Positions 55,573-63,964 of a stretch of 64,000 nucleotides of DNA are shown here, one piece after another. Position numbers and translations under genes: made by a program. The notes below the pieces were generated by a model. The model was not told the origin of the DNA and searched no databases. It saw nothing but the letters and a program-made list of their open reading frames with translations. Location: IMG/VR virus record IMGVR_UViG_3300046787_000408, positions 124,001 to 188,000 of that record; one strand, 5' to 3'. Numbering within the stretch: position 1 is the stretch's first letter; each line of letters starts with the position of its first letter.

Positions 55573-55598
55573 AACAGCATTACAACACGGAGTTCACT

Positions 55599-55865
55599 AT
55601 GAGTTTGCCCAAGACTGTGACCATGACACGCACTGGCGGACGTTACTGGCGTGCATTGGCATTTAGACTGGTCATGACTTGGCCAGTTCTGCCTTTTGTG
55701 CTGATCATGCTACTGGTAGCAATCATCAATCCTTTTTGGTTTCGTGATTCAATGTTTACCTGGATTGAACGTCAAATAAATGCATTTTCGCGATGGCGTG
55801 ACTACCGCCAATATGCCATATATCTAGGCGCCGATCCTAGAATGTGGCATACACTAAAGGGATAA
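55599..55865 (+). CDS. Small membrane protein
   Basis: One TM segment; GGAG SD. Confidence 0.7.
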   Translation: MSLPKTVTMTRTGGRYWRALAFRLVMTWPVLPFVLIMLLVAIINPFWFRDSMFTWIERQINAFSRWRDYRQYAIYLGADPRMWHTLKG

Positions 55866-55866
55866 T

Positions 55867-56145
55867 ATGAAAATTATCAAGCTGAATCGTCGTTATCGAG
55901 TACACAAAGATCACGGCTATCAAGCAGGGTTGCGCTTTAACGGCCATAGTCAACCCACACAAGAAAAGATTCAAGCAATTGAATCTGTGTGTCGTGGTAT
56001 TTTTGGCAACAGCGGATGGTTCCCTGCGACATCGGATTGGACCAGCTATCGTGCCAAACCCAACGGCACTAGACCTTGCCCTTATTTTATTATGTTTCGT
56101 CGTGAGTCAGACATGACCATGATTTTGTTGAAAGCTCAATTATGA
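55867..56145 (+). CDS. LRW-family-like protein
   Basis: IMFRRESDMTMILLKAQL*. Confidence 0.6.
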   Translation: MKIIKLNRRYRVHKDHGYQAGLRFNGHSQPTQEKIQAIESVCRGIFGNSGWFPATSDWTSYRAKPNGTRPCPYFIMFRRESDMTMILLKAQL

Positions 56146-56381
56146 ACAAAAAGCAAATCACCCTGGATAACCTAACACCAGAACAAGCAGAGATGATGGA
56201 TATTCTGTGGAGTCTGTCTGACTTTGCTGATGTGGAGGCTTGGCAATCAACGCTTGATCCAGCAGAGTTGGAAATGAGCAACACACTCATGAGACTGGTG
56301 ATTCTAGAAACTGTAGACGACATCTTTGCTGAAGATGTAGCCCAAGCAGCCAACTACCTGAAACGTTTTCGCTTGCAATGA
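56142..56381 (+). CDS. Hypothetical protein
   Basis: ATGA-coupled, acidic and helical. Confidence 0.7.
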   Translation: MNKKQITLDNLTPEQAEMMDILWSLSDFADVEAWQSTLDPAELEMSNTLMRLVILETVDDIFAEDVAQAANYLKRFRLQ

Positions 56382-56722
56382 TTGACGACGAAGATCCTCG
56401 CCCCCAGCAGTTTGCCATCATGTGGGACTGCTACGGACTTGAAGCCTGTGAACGTGTACCCAATCCGGCTGATGCAACATTCGCCTTGCTTAAAGGTAAG
56501 AAGCCTCCTGAGTTACCTAATCTGTTGCATTGGCAACTCCGAGCACGTTATAATACTCAGAGGCACTACGAAATTTACATTATCACTGCCACTGCGGGTA
56601 TTGACACAGACGATATTCGTGAGATGTTTGAAAACGATCCACAATCGGCTGCTGACACAATTAGGCGTATTGGTTACAAATTTCACAGTGATCGTGAGAC
56701 AAAAGAAAGAGAAATTACATGA
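56378..56722 (+). CDS. Hypothetical protein
   Basis: MWDCYGLE...RARYNTQRHYEIY motif. Confidence 0.72.
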   Translation: MIDDEDPRPQQFAIMWDCYGLEACERVPNPADATFALLKGKKPPELPNLLHWQLRARYNTQRHYEIYIITATAGIDTDDIREMFENDPQSAADTIRRIGYKFHSDRETKEREIT

Positions 56723-57450
56723 ACCTACACAGACTACTAGACCGCTTGGAAGAGTGGTATCGCTATCCACAACCTACACAACAGCAAAAACAACTGCTAG
56801 GCCTGTACACCGATGTGATTGATACAGAGTTTACTGCAACTCGATTGGCCAGTGAGGAATCTGCTAGATATGTACTAGAACACATGCGAGCCGTTCCCAA
56901 CTTTGACACTGACTATGACCTTCACAAGTGGGTGTGCGAAACACAATTGCACCCCAGCTTGGACCGCGGTATGGTCTTGGAGTTTGGTGTTGCTACTGGT
57001 CGTACACTGAATCAGTTTGCATACTGGTTGCCAGATCAAATGGTGCATGGCTTTGATGGATTTGAAGGCTTGCCTGAAGACTGGACCAGCAGAATGCGCA
57101 AGGGATTCTTTGCAAGAAGCAAACTTCCTAGAGTTCGTAGCAACTGCAAGTTGCACGTTGGATGGTTTGATCAAACACTACCAGGCTTTGTACTACAACA
57201 AGGTCGGCGTCCTGTGCAATTGTTGCACGTGGATTGTGATTTGTACTCCAGCACAGTTACCGTTTTAAACAACTTGAAAGACAACCTTGTACCTGGCACA
57301 GTGATCATCTTTGACGAGTACATGAACTATCCCGGATGGCAATTGGACGAGTTCCGCGCTTGGCAAGAGCATGTGGCCAAGCACAAGATCAAATATGAAT
57401 ACATTGGGCGAGTCAGCAAACATCAAAAGGTTGCAGTACGTATCTTGTAA
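56719..57450 (+). CDS. TylF/MycF-like SAM-dependent O-methyltransferase
   Basis: LEFGVATG, GFDGFEGLPEDW, GWFDQTL, LHVDCDLYSS, IIFDEY. Confidence 0.88.
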   Translation: MNLHRLLDRLEEWYRYPQPTQQQKQLLGLYTDVIDTEFTATRLASEESARYVLEHMRAVPNFDTDYDLHKWVCETQLHPSLDRGMVLEFGVATGRTLNQFAYWLPDQMVHGFDGFEGLPEDWTSRMRKGFFARSKLPRVRSNCKLHVGWFDQTLPGFVLQQGRRPVQLLHVDCDLYSSTVTVLNNLKDNLVPGTVIIFDEYMNYPGWQLDEFRAWQEHVAKHKIKYEYIGRVSKHQKVAVRIL

Positions 57451-57469
57451 ACCAAAGTATTACTTTTTG

Positions 57470-57497
57470 AAAAACCCGCAAATTATGCGGGTTTTTT
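57470..57497 (+). terminator. Intrinsic terminator
   Basis: AAAAACCCGCA-AATTA-TGCGGGTTTTTT. Confidence 0.88.
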
Positions 57498-57507
57498 CAT
57501 TTAACAG

Positions 57508-57536
57508 TTGACCTATTTCTATAGTTTTGTTATACT
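57508..57536 (+). promoter_or_regulatory. sigma70-type promoter followed by a ~90-nt structured leader
   Basis: TTGACC-17-TATACT; leader hairpins CGGTG/CACCG and ACAAC-GTGAC/GTCAC-GTTGT. Confidence 0.7.
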
Positions 57537-57631
57537 ATGGATACGGTGAAAGATTGCACCGGCTAATCAAAACACAACAACGTGACATGGGGTCACCGAG
57601 TTGTAACGATTACGAACTAAAGGAAATCACA

Positions 57632-58822
57632 ATGGCAACAGCTACTGCATCTTACGCGGCTACTAAAAATGCTCGCTACTCTAACTCTGCTTCTAACCTG
57701 ATTGACCTGGTACAACGCTACAACGATACCGTTGCCGCACTGCCAGTCCAAGCACAGCGCAATTGGCAAAGCAAACTGGCCAAAGCACTGGCAACATTTA
57801 AAAAGAACCACCCTGGACTCAAGAGCGTTAACGATCGCTCCAAGTTTCGTTTGTGCAAGAGTCTTGTTTGTAAACTCAAGGACATTGTGATTGATACCAC
57901 AATGCAACGCGAGCCAAACCTGGACTGGATCATTACCATCATTACCAACTTCCGTGCATACCAAGCACAACCTATTCAGGTGTATGGTACTGCCAACGGG
58001 CAATGGGGTGGGTGGGATGGCCAGCACACTTCTATTGCACTGTACTTGATTGCAACTGTTGGACTGGGCGAACCGTTTGAAGACGTTGAAGTTCCAATCA
58101 ACATTTACGACATCACAAGCCGTGGCGAGATTCGCGGTAACTTTATCAACAACAACACCACAGTTGGTAAAAACGCAGGCAAAAAGCCCTTGGACATCAT
58201 TGACATCTTTATGCAAAAGATTTATGGTGTTGAAGTTGACGGTGTCAACGAGCCCGAGTGGATTGATGCACACACCAAGTGGAAGCACATTGCCAACGCA
58301 GGCATGTTCTTGACTGCTGAAAAATTCAACGATACTGATCAAGTTGGTGCGATTAGTCGTCTCAACGAACTTGATGACGCTTCAGTAGAAGTGGTGCGAC
58401 AGTTTGCAGTGTATGGCAAGTACATTGTTGACAGTCAACAACGCCCTATCAACAGCAAGGAAATTCCTATCATTATTGAGTTTTTGAACTTGTGCGAGCA
58501 ACAGGATATCAGCTACAGTGACGCAGAGATTGAAGACTTGGCTCAACATTGTATTGACTTGTTCCAGGCCAACTTTGATGCCAAAGGTGTTTTCTGGAGC
58601 ACAGCACACCAAGCCAACTTGAATGCTTATAACAAAACCTACAAGGGTATTGCCAAGCACATGTGGCCTGATGCTCCGCGCAACAGCAAGAACACACCAC
58701 AAGGTACTGCATTTTTCTGGCACCAGTTGAAAACCACTTGGGCTCCAACACAAGGCAAGGGTTTTAAGTTTCCCAAGCAACCGTTCTCTGTGTACACACC
58801 TGACGTCAAGGACTTGTTCTAA
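57632..58822 (+). CDS. ParB/Srx-fold (DGQH-motif) protein
   Basis: IDTTMQREPN...QPIQVY...WDGQHTSIAL; AAGGA SD. Confidence 0.7.
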   Translation: MATATASYAATKNARYSNSASNLIDLVQRYNDTVAALPVQAQRNWQSKLAKALATFKKNHPGLKSVNDRSKFRLCKSLVCKLKDIVIDTTMQREPNLDWIITIITNFRAYQAQPIQVYGTANGQWGGWDGQHTSIALYLIATVGLGEPFEDVEVPINIYDITSRGEIRGNFINNNTTVGKNAGKKPLDIIDIFMQKIYGVEVDGVNEPEWIDAHTKWKHIANAGMFLTAEKFNDTDQVGAISRLNELDDASVEVVRQFAVYGKYIVDSQQRPINSKEIPIIIEFLNLCEQQDISYSDAEIEDLAQHCIDLFQANFDAKGVFWSTAHQANLNAYNKTYKGIAKHMWPDAPRNSKNTPQGTAFFWHQLKTTWAPTQGKGFKFPKQPFSVYTPDVKDLF

Positions 58823-58823
58823 T

Positions 58824-59375
58824 ATGAAAACGCTAATGGAACGTGTCAACAGTTTTGCACAAAAGAAGCCTACTCCAGTCAAACGTGGTGGTGCAAGTTA
58901 TGATGCTACTCAACAATTTTGCAAAAGCGAGATTGAGCGGTATGTGGCAATGTACAAACAACTCAAGGTAGAGGATCAGACTGCACGACTTATTCGTGAC
59001 ATGATTGATGTGTTGTTGCGCCGATATCATGGATATAGTATCAAAGAAAACATTGGTGCTCACTACTACGAAACTGGACTGGCACATAACACCAAGACTG
59101 AATTTGAGCATGTGATTCCTGCTTCGGTAGCTCGTGATTTGTTGTTGTTTGATCGTATCACAGTTGACGAAGCTCTCAACATTCCAACCTGCCGCTTGAG
59201 TGCCACCAAGCACAAAAAGTTGAATTCAACCAAGTTAGGGTCAACTACACCGGACATTTACTGGTTCTGGCAACGTTATCAGTCCCTGGGTATCCAAGTG
59301 GAAACACATGACGGTACTCCAGTTGATACTGTGACCTGGAACTTGGACAGTCATTACAAACATTTTGAGGTATAA
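58824..59375 (+). CDS. Putative HNH-type nuclease
   Basis: EFEHVIP ... C..S..KHKKLN; directly downstream of the ParB-like gene. Confidence 0.5.
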   Translation: MKTLMERVNSFAQKKPTPVKRGGASYDATQQFCKSEIERYVAMYKQLKVEDQTARLIRDMIDVLLRRYHGYSIKENIGAHYYETGLAHNTKTEFEHVIPASVARDLLLFDRITVDEALNIPTCRLSATKHKKLNSTKLGSTTPDIYWFWQRYQSLGIQVETHDGTPVDTVTWNLDSHYKHFEV

Positions 59376-59376
59376 C

Positions 59377-59610
59377 ATGAGTCAACTTGAACTTCACGGA
59401 CGAGCATGGACAGTATTTGATCCTGCAAATCAACAACATCGTGCTTGGTATTATGATTTTGTAAAAAGCGGCACCTGGGGTCGATGCCCAGTTAGATTTG
59501 TAGTGCCAGAGGACCACGGTAACTTGGTCACAATGATACAACGCAATCTTGTGACCTACTACGTTACACAGGAATTTCAACGCAAACGAAAACGCCGTAG
59601 CGCAGGCTAA
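59377..59610 (+). CDS. Conserved hypothetical phage protein
   Basis: VFDPANQQHRAWY..FVKSGTWGRCPVRF; GAGGT SD. Confidence 0.72.
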   Translation: MSQLELHGRAWTVFDPANQQHRAWYYDFVKSGTWGRCPVRFVVPEDHGNLVTMIQRNLVTYYVTQEFQRKRKRRSAG

Positions 59611-59644
59611 TTTGACTGGGAGCTCATGGGGCGGTAAATATTGT

Positions 59645-61615
59645 ATGACCACTTTGAGAACCGCTATCAACAACAAAGTCTTTGCAATACAGCCAGCCCC
59701 GGCCCCAACACTAGATGTAGTTCCGTTACCACAATCCGATTGTCCACATACTCAAATGTTGAGTGCAGTGGAATCTCTCAGCAAAGGTCGTGCGCAAAAG
59801 AATCTAAGTTCAGTAATAATTCACCCAACTACTCGAACAAAACGAGTTGCAATGGTTATGACTCCTTTTTGGAGCGTGGATATTGCCCCTTACAACATTG
59901 CTAGACTCACTGCACTAGCCAAGCAAGCTGGCTTTGCAACATGTGCTTATGACCTTAATGTGGAAGCATATCACGAACTTGGCGAAGAACTGTGGAGCCC
60001 ATATACTGACTGGAAATGGGACAAAGAAGAACCATACTGGAGTCAAGTGCATCCAGTGATTGAGCCAGTGCTACTAAAGCACATTGATCGCATAGTAGCG
60101 TTTGCACCTGACATTATTGGTTTTAGCCTGTACTACACCAACAACAACTGTGCCAATTGGGTTGTGGAACGCTTGCGAGAACGTTTGCCCAACGCAGTGT
60201 TTCTAGCAGGTGGTTCACAGGCCATACAAGAAAAAGTCAAACGTCCCGAACTGTATGACCACATTGTGGTTGGTGAAGGCGAAATGATTTTTCTAGATAT
60301 ACTTGAAAAAGTTGAAACTGGCAAAGTTATACCAGAGCATATACTACGTCATCCCAAAGAACAACGCATAGATCTAGATTCCATGCCTTGGCCTGACTAC
60401 AGTGACTTGCCCTTGGATCTGTACAGACTTGGCACTTCAGTGGGCTCAGAAATCAGTCGAGGATGTGTGGCCAAATGTCAGTTCTGCAGTGAAACTACGT
60501 TTTGGCGTTATCGTGGTCGTTTGGCTGGTAATGTTGTGGACGAGATTGAATACCAGTATCATACGTTTGGTGTTAGAACCATTTGGTTTATTGACAGTTT
60601 GGTCAATGGCAATCTCAATGAACTACGTGCATTTGCTCGTGGAGTCGTTGAAAAAGGACTAGTGGATCTGCACTGGGTAGGCTACTGCCGCAATGACGGT
60701 CGCATGGATCTGGAATATTTTCAAGACCTCAGAGCCAGTGGCTGCGACATGTTGAACTTTGGTGTAGAGTCAGGTAGCCAAAAAGTGTTGGACATTATGA
60801 AAAAGAATGTCAAGCGCGAGTCTGTAGAACAAAATCTTCAAGACATAACCACCGCAGACATTAGTGCATTTACCAACTGGTTTGTGGGATTCCCCGGAGA
60901 AGATCGTCAAGACTTTGCAGACACCATGACCCTGATGTGGCGCACTCGCAAGACCAACATTGCAGGATACGCTGTGCAGACCTGTAATGTGCTGCCGGAT
61001 ACTCCGTTGAGTCAGAATAGAGAAAAGTTTGGAATCAGTCCTGGTCACTTTGGTGCCTTGTGGACTACAGAAGACTATACCAACACTGCCGCACACAGAC
61101 TAGTGCGACTCAAAAGTGTTAACATTCTGATGAACCACATGCGGCGCCATGTAAAAGATCTCAAATACTCACAAAAGATTGAACGCCCCGGAGTGGAAAC
61201 TCACTACACATTGGCCTACAATCCCTCCAATTCCAGAGATGTTATTCCCTACGAAACAAACTTTGATTACAACATTATCAAAACCAACATCAATCCAGTA
61301 GCCGATACCTTGGTCAACGAAATATGGCCACTGTTGCGAGTGCTTTGGCTTGCTCTAGGTGAGTTTGAATTGACCTTGCAGTTTGATCATGAGCAGGATC
61401 TTGCAGAGTTTGGCCCAGTGCGTGTGTTCCACGAAGGTGCCCGATACAATGCCACACACTGGTTCAAGATAAAACGCAACGGTGATTGGCATGCCAAGTT
61501 TGAGTATGACCTTGATGCTCGCGGACCAAATGGCTTTGCTGATGTTAACGGATTCCATTATGGGTTTAGACTGGGCTGGGAAAAACGTGACAACTGGGCA
61601 AGACCACAAGGTTGA
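59645..61615 (+). CDS. B12-binding-domain radical SAM enzyme
   Basis: APYNIARL...DIIGFSLY...FLAGG...VVGEGE; SRGCVAKCQFC; FIDSLVNG; FGVESGS; WFVGFPGE; TAAATA 4 nt upstream. Confidence 0.9.
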   Translation: MTTLRTAINNKVFAIQPAPAPTLDVVPLPQSDCPHTQMLSAVESLSKGRAQKNLSSVIIHPTTRTKRVAMVMTPFWSVDIAPYNIARLTALAKQAGFATCAYDLNVEAYHELGEELWSPYTDWKWDKEEPYWSQVHPVIEPVLLKHIDRIVAFAPDIIGFSLYYTNNNCANWVVERLRERLPNAVFLAGGSQAIQEKVKRPELYDHIVVGEGEMIFLDILEKVETGKVIPEHILRHPKEQRIDLDSMPWPDYSDLPLDLYRLGTSVGSEISRGCVAKCQFCSETTFWRYRGRLAGNVVDEIEYQYHTFGVRTIWFIDSLVNGNLNELRAFARGVVEKGLVDLHWVGYCRNDGRMDLEYFQDLRASGCDMLNFGVESGSQKVLDIMKKNVKRESVEQNLQDITTADISAFTNWFVGFPGEDRQDFADTMTLMWRTRKTNIAGYAVQTCNVLPDTPLSQNREKFGISPGHFGALWTTEDYTNTAAHRLVRLKSVNILMNHMRRHVKDLKYSQKIERPGVETHYTLAYNPSNSRDVIPYETNFDYNIIKTNINPVADTLVNEIWPLLRVLWLALGEFELTLQFDHEQDLAEFGPVRVFHEGARYNATHWFKIKRNGDWHAKFEYDLDARGPNGFADVNGFHYGFRLGWEKRDNWARPQG

Positions 61616-61640
61616 CTGCTAGATGTAACTGTGCTATAAT
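61612..61640 (+). promoter_or_regulatory. sigma70-type promoter
   Basis: TTGACT-17-TATAAT. Confidence 0.8.
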
Positions 61641-61668
61641 ACGATCAATAAACTACTAGAAAGTCCCT

Positions 61669-62091
61669 ATGTTGTATTTTTCATATGGTATGAACACCAA
61701 CCCTAAAGAAATGGCACAACGCTGTCCAGGCGCAAAGTCGCTTGGGCATGCTCGCTTGGTCAATCACTCGTTTCGATTTGCACGACATGCAGATGTAGAA
61801 CCGTGTGCTGACAGTTTTGTAGACGGAGTGTTGTGGGAAATCACAGACGAACATCTAAAAGCACTGGATCAACTTGAGGGCTATCCTTTCTACTACGATC
61901 GCGTGGTGAGTTCGGTTGTGCATGGTACTAGAACCTTTCATGCTCTAGTGTACCGCATGCAGTCGGGTCATCAAATTGATAAACCCACTCGTGGATATTA
62001 TGAGTTGGTCTATAACGGTTACCAAGCACACAATGTGCCCACAGACCAGTTGGAAAACAGCTTGGAATTTCGCGACATTGAATTTGGTTGA
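61669..62091 (+). CDS. Gamma-glutamylcyclotransferase (AIG2-like)
   Basis: LYFSYGMN, GVLWEI..EHLKALDQLEG..Y, ALVYRM. Confidence 0.88.
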   Translation: MLYFSYGMNTNPKEMAQRCPGAKSLGHARLVNHSFRFARHADVEPCADSFVDGVLWEITDEHLKALDQLEGYPFYYDRVVSSVVHGTRTFHALVYRMQSGHQIDKPTRGYYELVYNGYQAHNVPTDQLENSLEFRDIEFG

Positions 62092-62116
62092 CCAATAATT
62101 CGCAAAATGCTATAAT
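62088..62116 (+). promoter_or_regulatory. sigma70-type promoter (leaderless)
   Basis: TTGACC-17-TATAAT, ATG 5 nt later. Confidence 0.85.
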
Positions 62117-62121
62117 ACAGC

Positions 62122-62352
62122 ATGAAAAAAGATTTAAACTGGTATCTAAAGTGGATCGGAACTGTGATCCTGATTGTGGGCACGGCTGTCAACAGCATGG
62201 GATTTTATCCCGAAGGCCCAATAATTCTAGCCCTGGGCGGGGTAATTTGGTTGGTGGTTAGCATACGTTGGCGCGAAGCCAGTTTGATTGTGACTAATGC
62301 CGTAATGTTGTCCACAGGACTTGCAGGTCTTGCTTGGCACTATTTTAAGTAA
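62122..62352 (+). CDS. Small membrane protein
   Basis: Three hydrophobic segments; LKWIGT start. Confidence 0.72.
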   Translation: MKKDLNWYLKWIGTVILIVGTAVNSMGFYPEGPIILALGGVIWLVVSIRWREASLIVTNAVMLSTGLAGLAWHYFK

Positions 62353-62370
62353 AAAGTACTAGTTTTTTCT

Positions 62371-62426
62371 GGTTGACCAAAATTTGCCTTTTTGCTATAA
62401 TATACACATACAGCAACAAACAGGAG
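62371..62426 (+). promoter_or_regulatory. Promoter cassette variant
   Basis: TTGACC-17-TATAAT-ATACACATA...ACAGGAG; half dyad GTACTAG upstream. Confidence 0.88.
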
Positions 62427-62432
62427 TAATTC

Positions 62433-62879
62433 ATGGGCACTCGTAGTCGTATCGGCGTTATGCATGGTGACAAGTGTAAATCAGTTTACTGCCACTGGGA
62501 TGGTTATCTGGATCATAACGGCAAGATCCTGCAAGAGCACTTTGACAGTGCCAAGGCCAATCATTTAGTAGCCTTAGGTGACGTTTCTAGCCTGGACCGC
62601 AACGTTGAGATTCCCGAAGGCGTAGAACACACATTTGACAACCCGGTCAAAGGCATCACTAGTTTTTACGGTCGTGACCGTGGCGAGACTGGTGTTGAGT
62701 TCCGAGTGGATCACACCTTTGAAGATTTTCTGCGCCGTGCCGAAGGTTGTGGTGCCGAGTACTACTACATCATGAAAGACGGTGTATGGTATGTTGGCGA
62801 CACCTACAGCGGCACCCACTTGAGCAACAAGCTGACTCCACTGAGCGAAGCACTGGTGTGGGAGGCAATTGCTCGATGA
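62433..62879 (+). CDS. Conserved hypothetical phage protein
   Basis: MGTRSRIG, VYCHWDGY, ALGDVSSL, EYYY...W. Confidence 0.75.
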   Translation: MGTRSRIGVMHGDKCKSVYCHWDGYLDHNGKILQEHFDSAKANHLVALGDVSSLDRNVEIPEGVEHTFDNPVKGITSFYGRDRGETGVEFRVDHTFEDFLRRAEGCGAEYYYIMKDGVWYVGDTYSGTHLSNKLTPLSEALVWEAIAR

Positions 62880-63268
62880 GCGGATATCAAACAATCCTGC
62901 GTATTCGACGCATTGAAGAAACTGTAAACAAACTTGGGTTCATGTTGTCTAATTCCCGGCATGGATGGGACAACAGCAATCCTGACATGGTGGCCCTCAA
63001 ACCACGTGACGAAGATGCAGTGCCAATCTACAGCCGAGATGCTGAGGTGTTTCGTGGTACTCTAGAAGAGCTGGAAGTTTGGTTGCGAGGTGTGGAGTGG
63101 GCACGGGAGTATGACACCCATCTGCGAATCAGTGACAACGAAAAGCGAGCCAAGCACGAGGATCGTGAGCGCCGCAGAATTGCAGAAATGCGCAAGCAGG
63201 AACAACAGAAAATGATCTTGGGTGTGCTAAAGGCATCAGACCGCGAAAACAGCCGGGTAAAAAAGTAA
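62876..63268 (+). CDS. Hypothetical protein
   Basis: GGAGG SD, ATGA-coupled. Confidence 0.7.
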   Translation: MSGYQTILRIRRIEETVNKLGFMLSNSRHGWDNSNPDMVALKPRDEDAVPIYSRDAEVFRGTLEELEVWLRGVEWAREYDTHLRISDNEKRAKHEDRERRRIAEMRKQEQQKMILGVLKASDRENSRVKK

Positions 63269-63291
63269 TACTTTATAGTACTACTTTTTCT

Positions 63292-63350
63292 GGTTGACCA
63301 AAATTTCCCAATTTGTTATAATATACACATAGCAAAGCAAAACAGGAGTT
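63292..63350 (+). repeat. Promoter-leader-RBS cassette, copy 4
   Basis: TTGACC-17-TATAAT-ATACACATAGCAAAGCAAAACAGGAGTT; preceded by GTAATAC-N6-GTACTAC. Confidence 0.9.
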
Positions 63351-63354
63351 TGAA

Positions 63355-63561
63355 ATGGGTTTTGAAACAGTGGTTCTTGACAAGGTTGCAAAGGTTCTCA
63401 AATCTGACAACCGAGCTGAGTTCTTTTGTGGTACGCTCAGCGTGATTTGCACTACGCCAGAAGCTCTCAAAATCTTCAAACAACTAAACAAAGAATACAA
63501 CAACAAGGTCCAAATGAATCCCGATGGGTCTTATGGTTATACCTTTGACTTCACTGCTTGA
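63355..63561 (+). CDS. Hypothetical early protein
   Basis: Behind cassette. Confidence 0.72.
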   Translation: MGFETVVLDKVAKVLKSDNRAEFFCGTLSVICTTPEALKIFKQLNKEYNNKVQMNPDGSYGYTFDFTA

Positions 63562-63570
63562 GAGACTGTG

Positions 63571-63834
63571 ATGAACATTGAAATTGAATACGATCTAACA
63601 GGCAGTGTTGTGCCCGACTATAGCATGTACTCTGAAATTGGCAATGTTGCAGTGCATGCCGTTGTGGTGGCTGCTAGAGCCAACCAGTTGACTTGGGCCC
63701 AGACCGTCCAGGCACTGCGTCTGCTGGCCGAGCAGGATCATTTTGGTGAGGCCATGGACACTGCGGTTCGCGAGTGCGTTTACGATGCCTTGGGCATTGA
63801 AGATCAACCTTTTTACGTAATTGGGAAAGTTTAA
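63571..63834 (+). CDS. Hypothetical protein
   Basis: YSMYSEIGN.AV...EAMDTAVRECVY motif. Confidence 0.7.
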   Translation: MNIEIEYDLTGSVVPDYSMYSEIGNVAVHAVVVAARANQLTWAQTVQALRLLAEQDHFGEAMDTAVRECVYDALGIEDQPFYVIGKV

Positions 63835-63835
63835 C

Positions 63836-63964
63836 ATGCGAAATTTAATCATTGGTTTTGTTCTGGGCCTGATCGTGGCCACTGTGGGCTTTGGTGGTAT
63901 CGCCCGTATCCTGGACAATGGTGTGGAAACAATCAAACACCAAAGCAAAGAATTGGCTCAATAA
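63836..63964 (+). CDS. Small membrane protein (below cutoff)
   Basis: MRNLIIGFVLGLIVATVGFGGIARILDNG..., 42 aa. Confidence 0.6.
   Translation: MRNLIIGFVLGLIVATVGFGGIARILDNGVETIKHQSKELAQ

Noticed and set aside
17083-63350. Near-identical ~60-bp repeats as a CRISPR array
   Set aside because: They are kilobases apart, contain -35/-10/SD elements and head genes; there is no regular repeat-spacer period and no cas operon.
1587-63948. Numerous minus-strand and off-frame ORFs in the track (e.g. 1587-1916, 10940-11344, 17222-17701, 26655-27140, 57617-58342)
   Set aside because: They lie inside well-supported genes, lack motifs or start signals, and are best explained as shadow ORFs.
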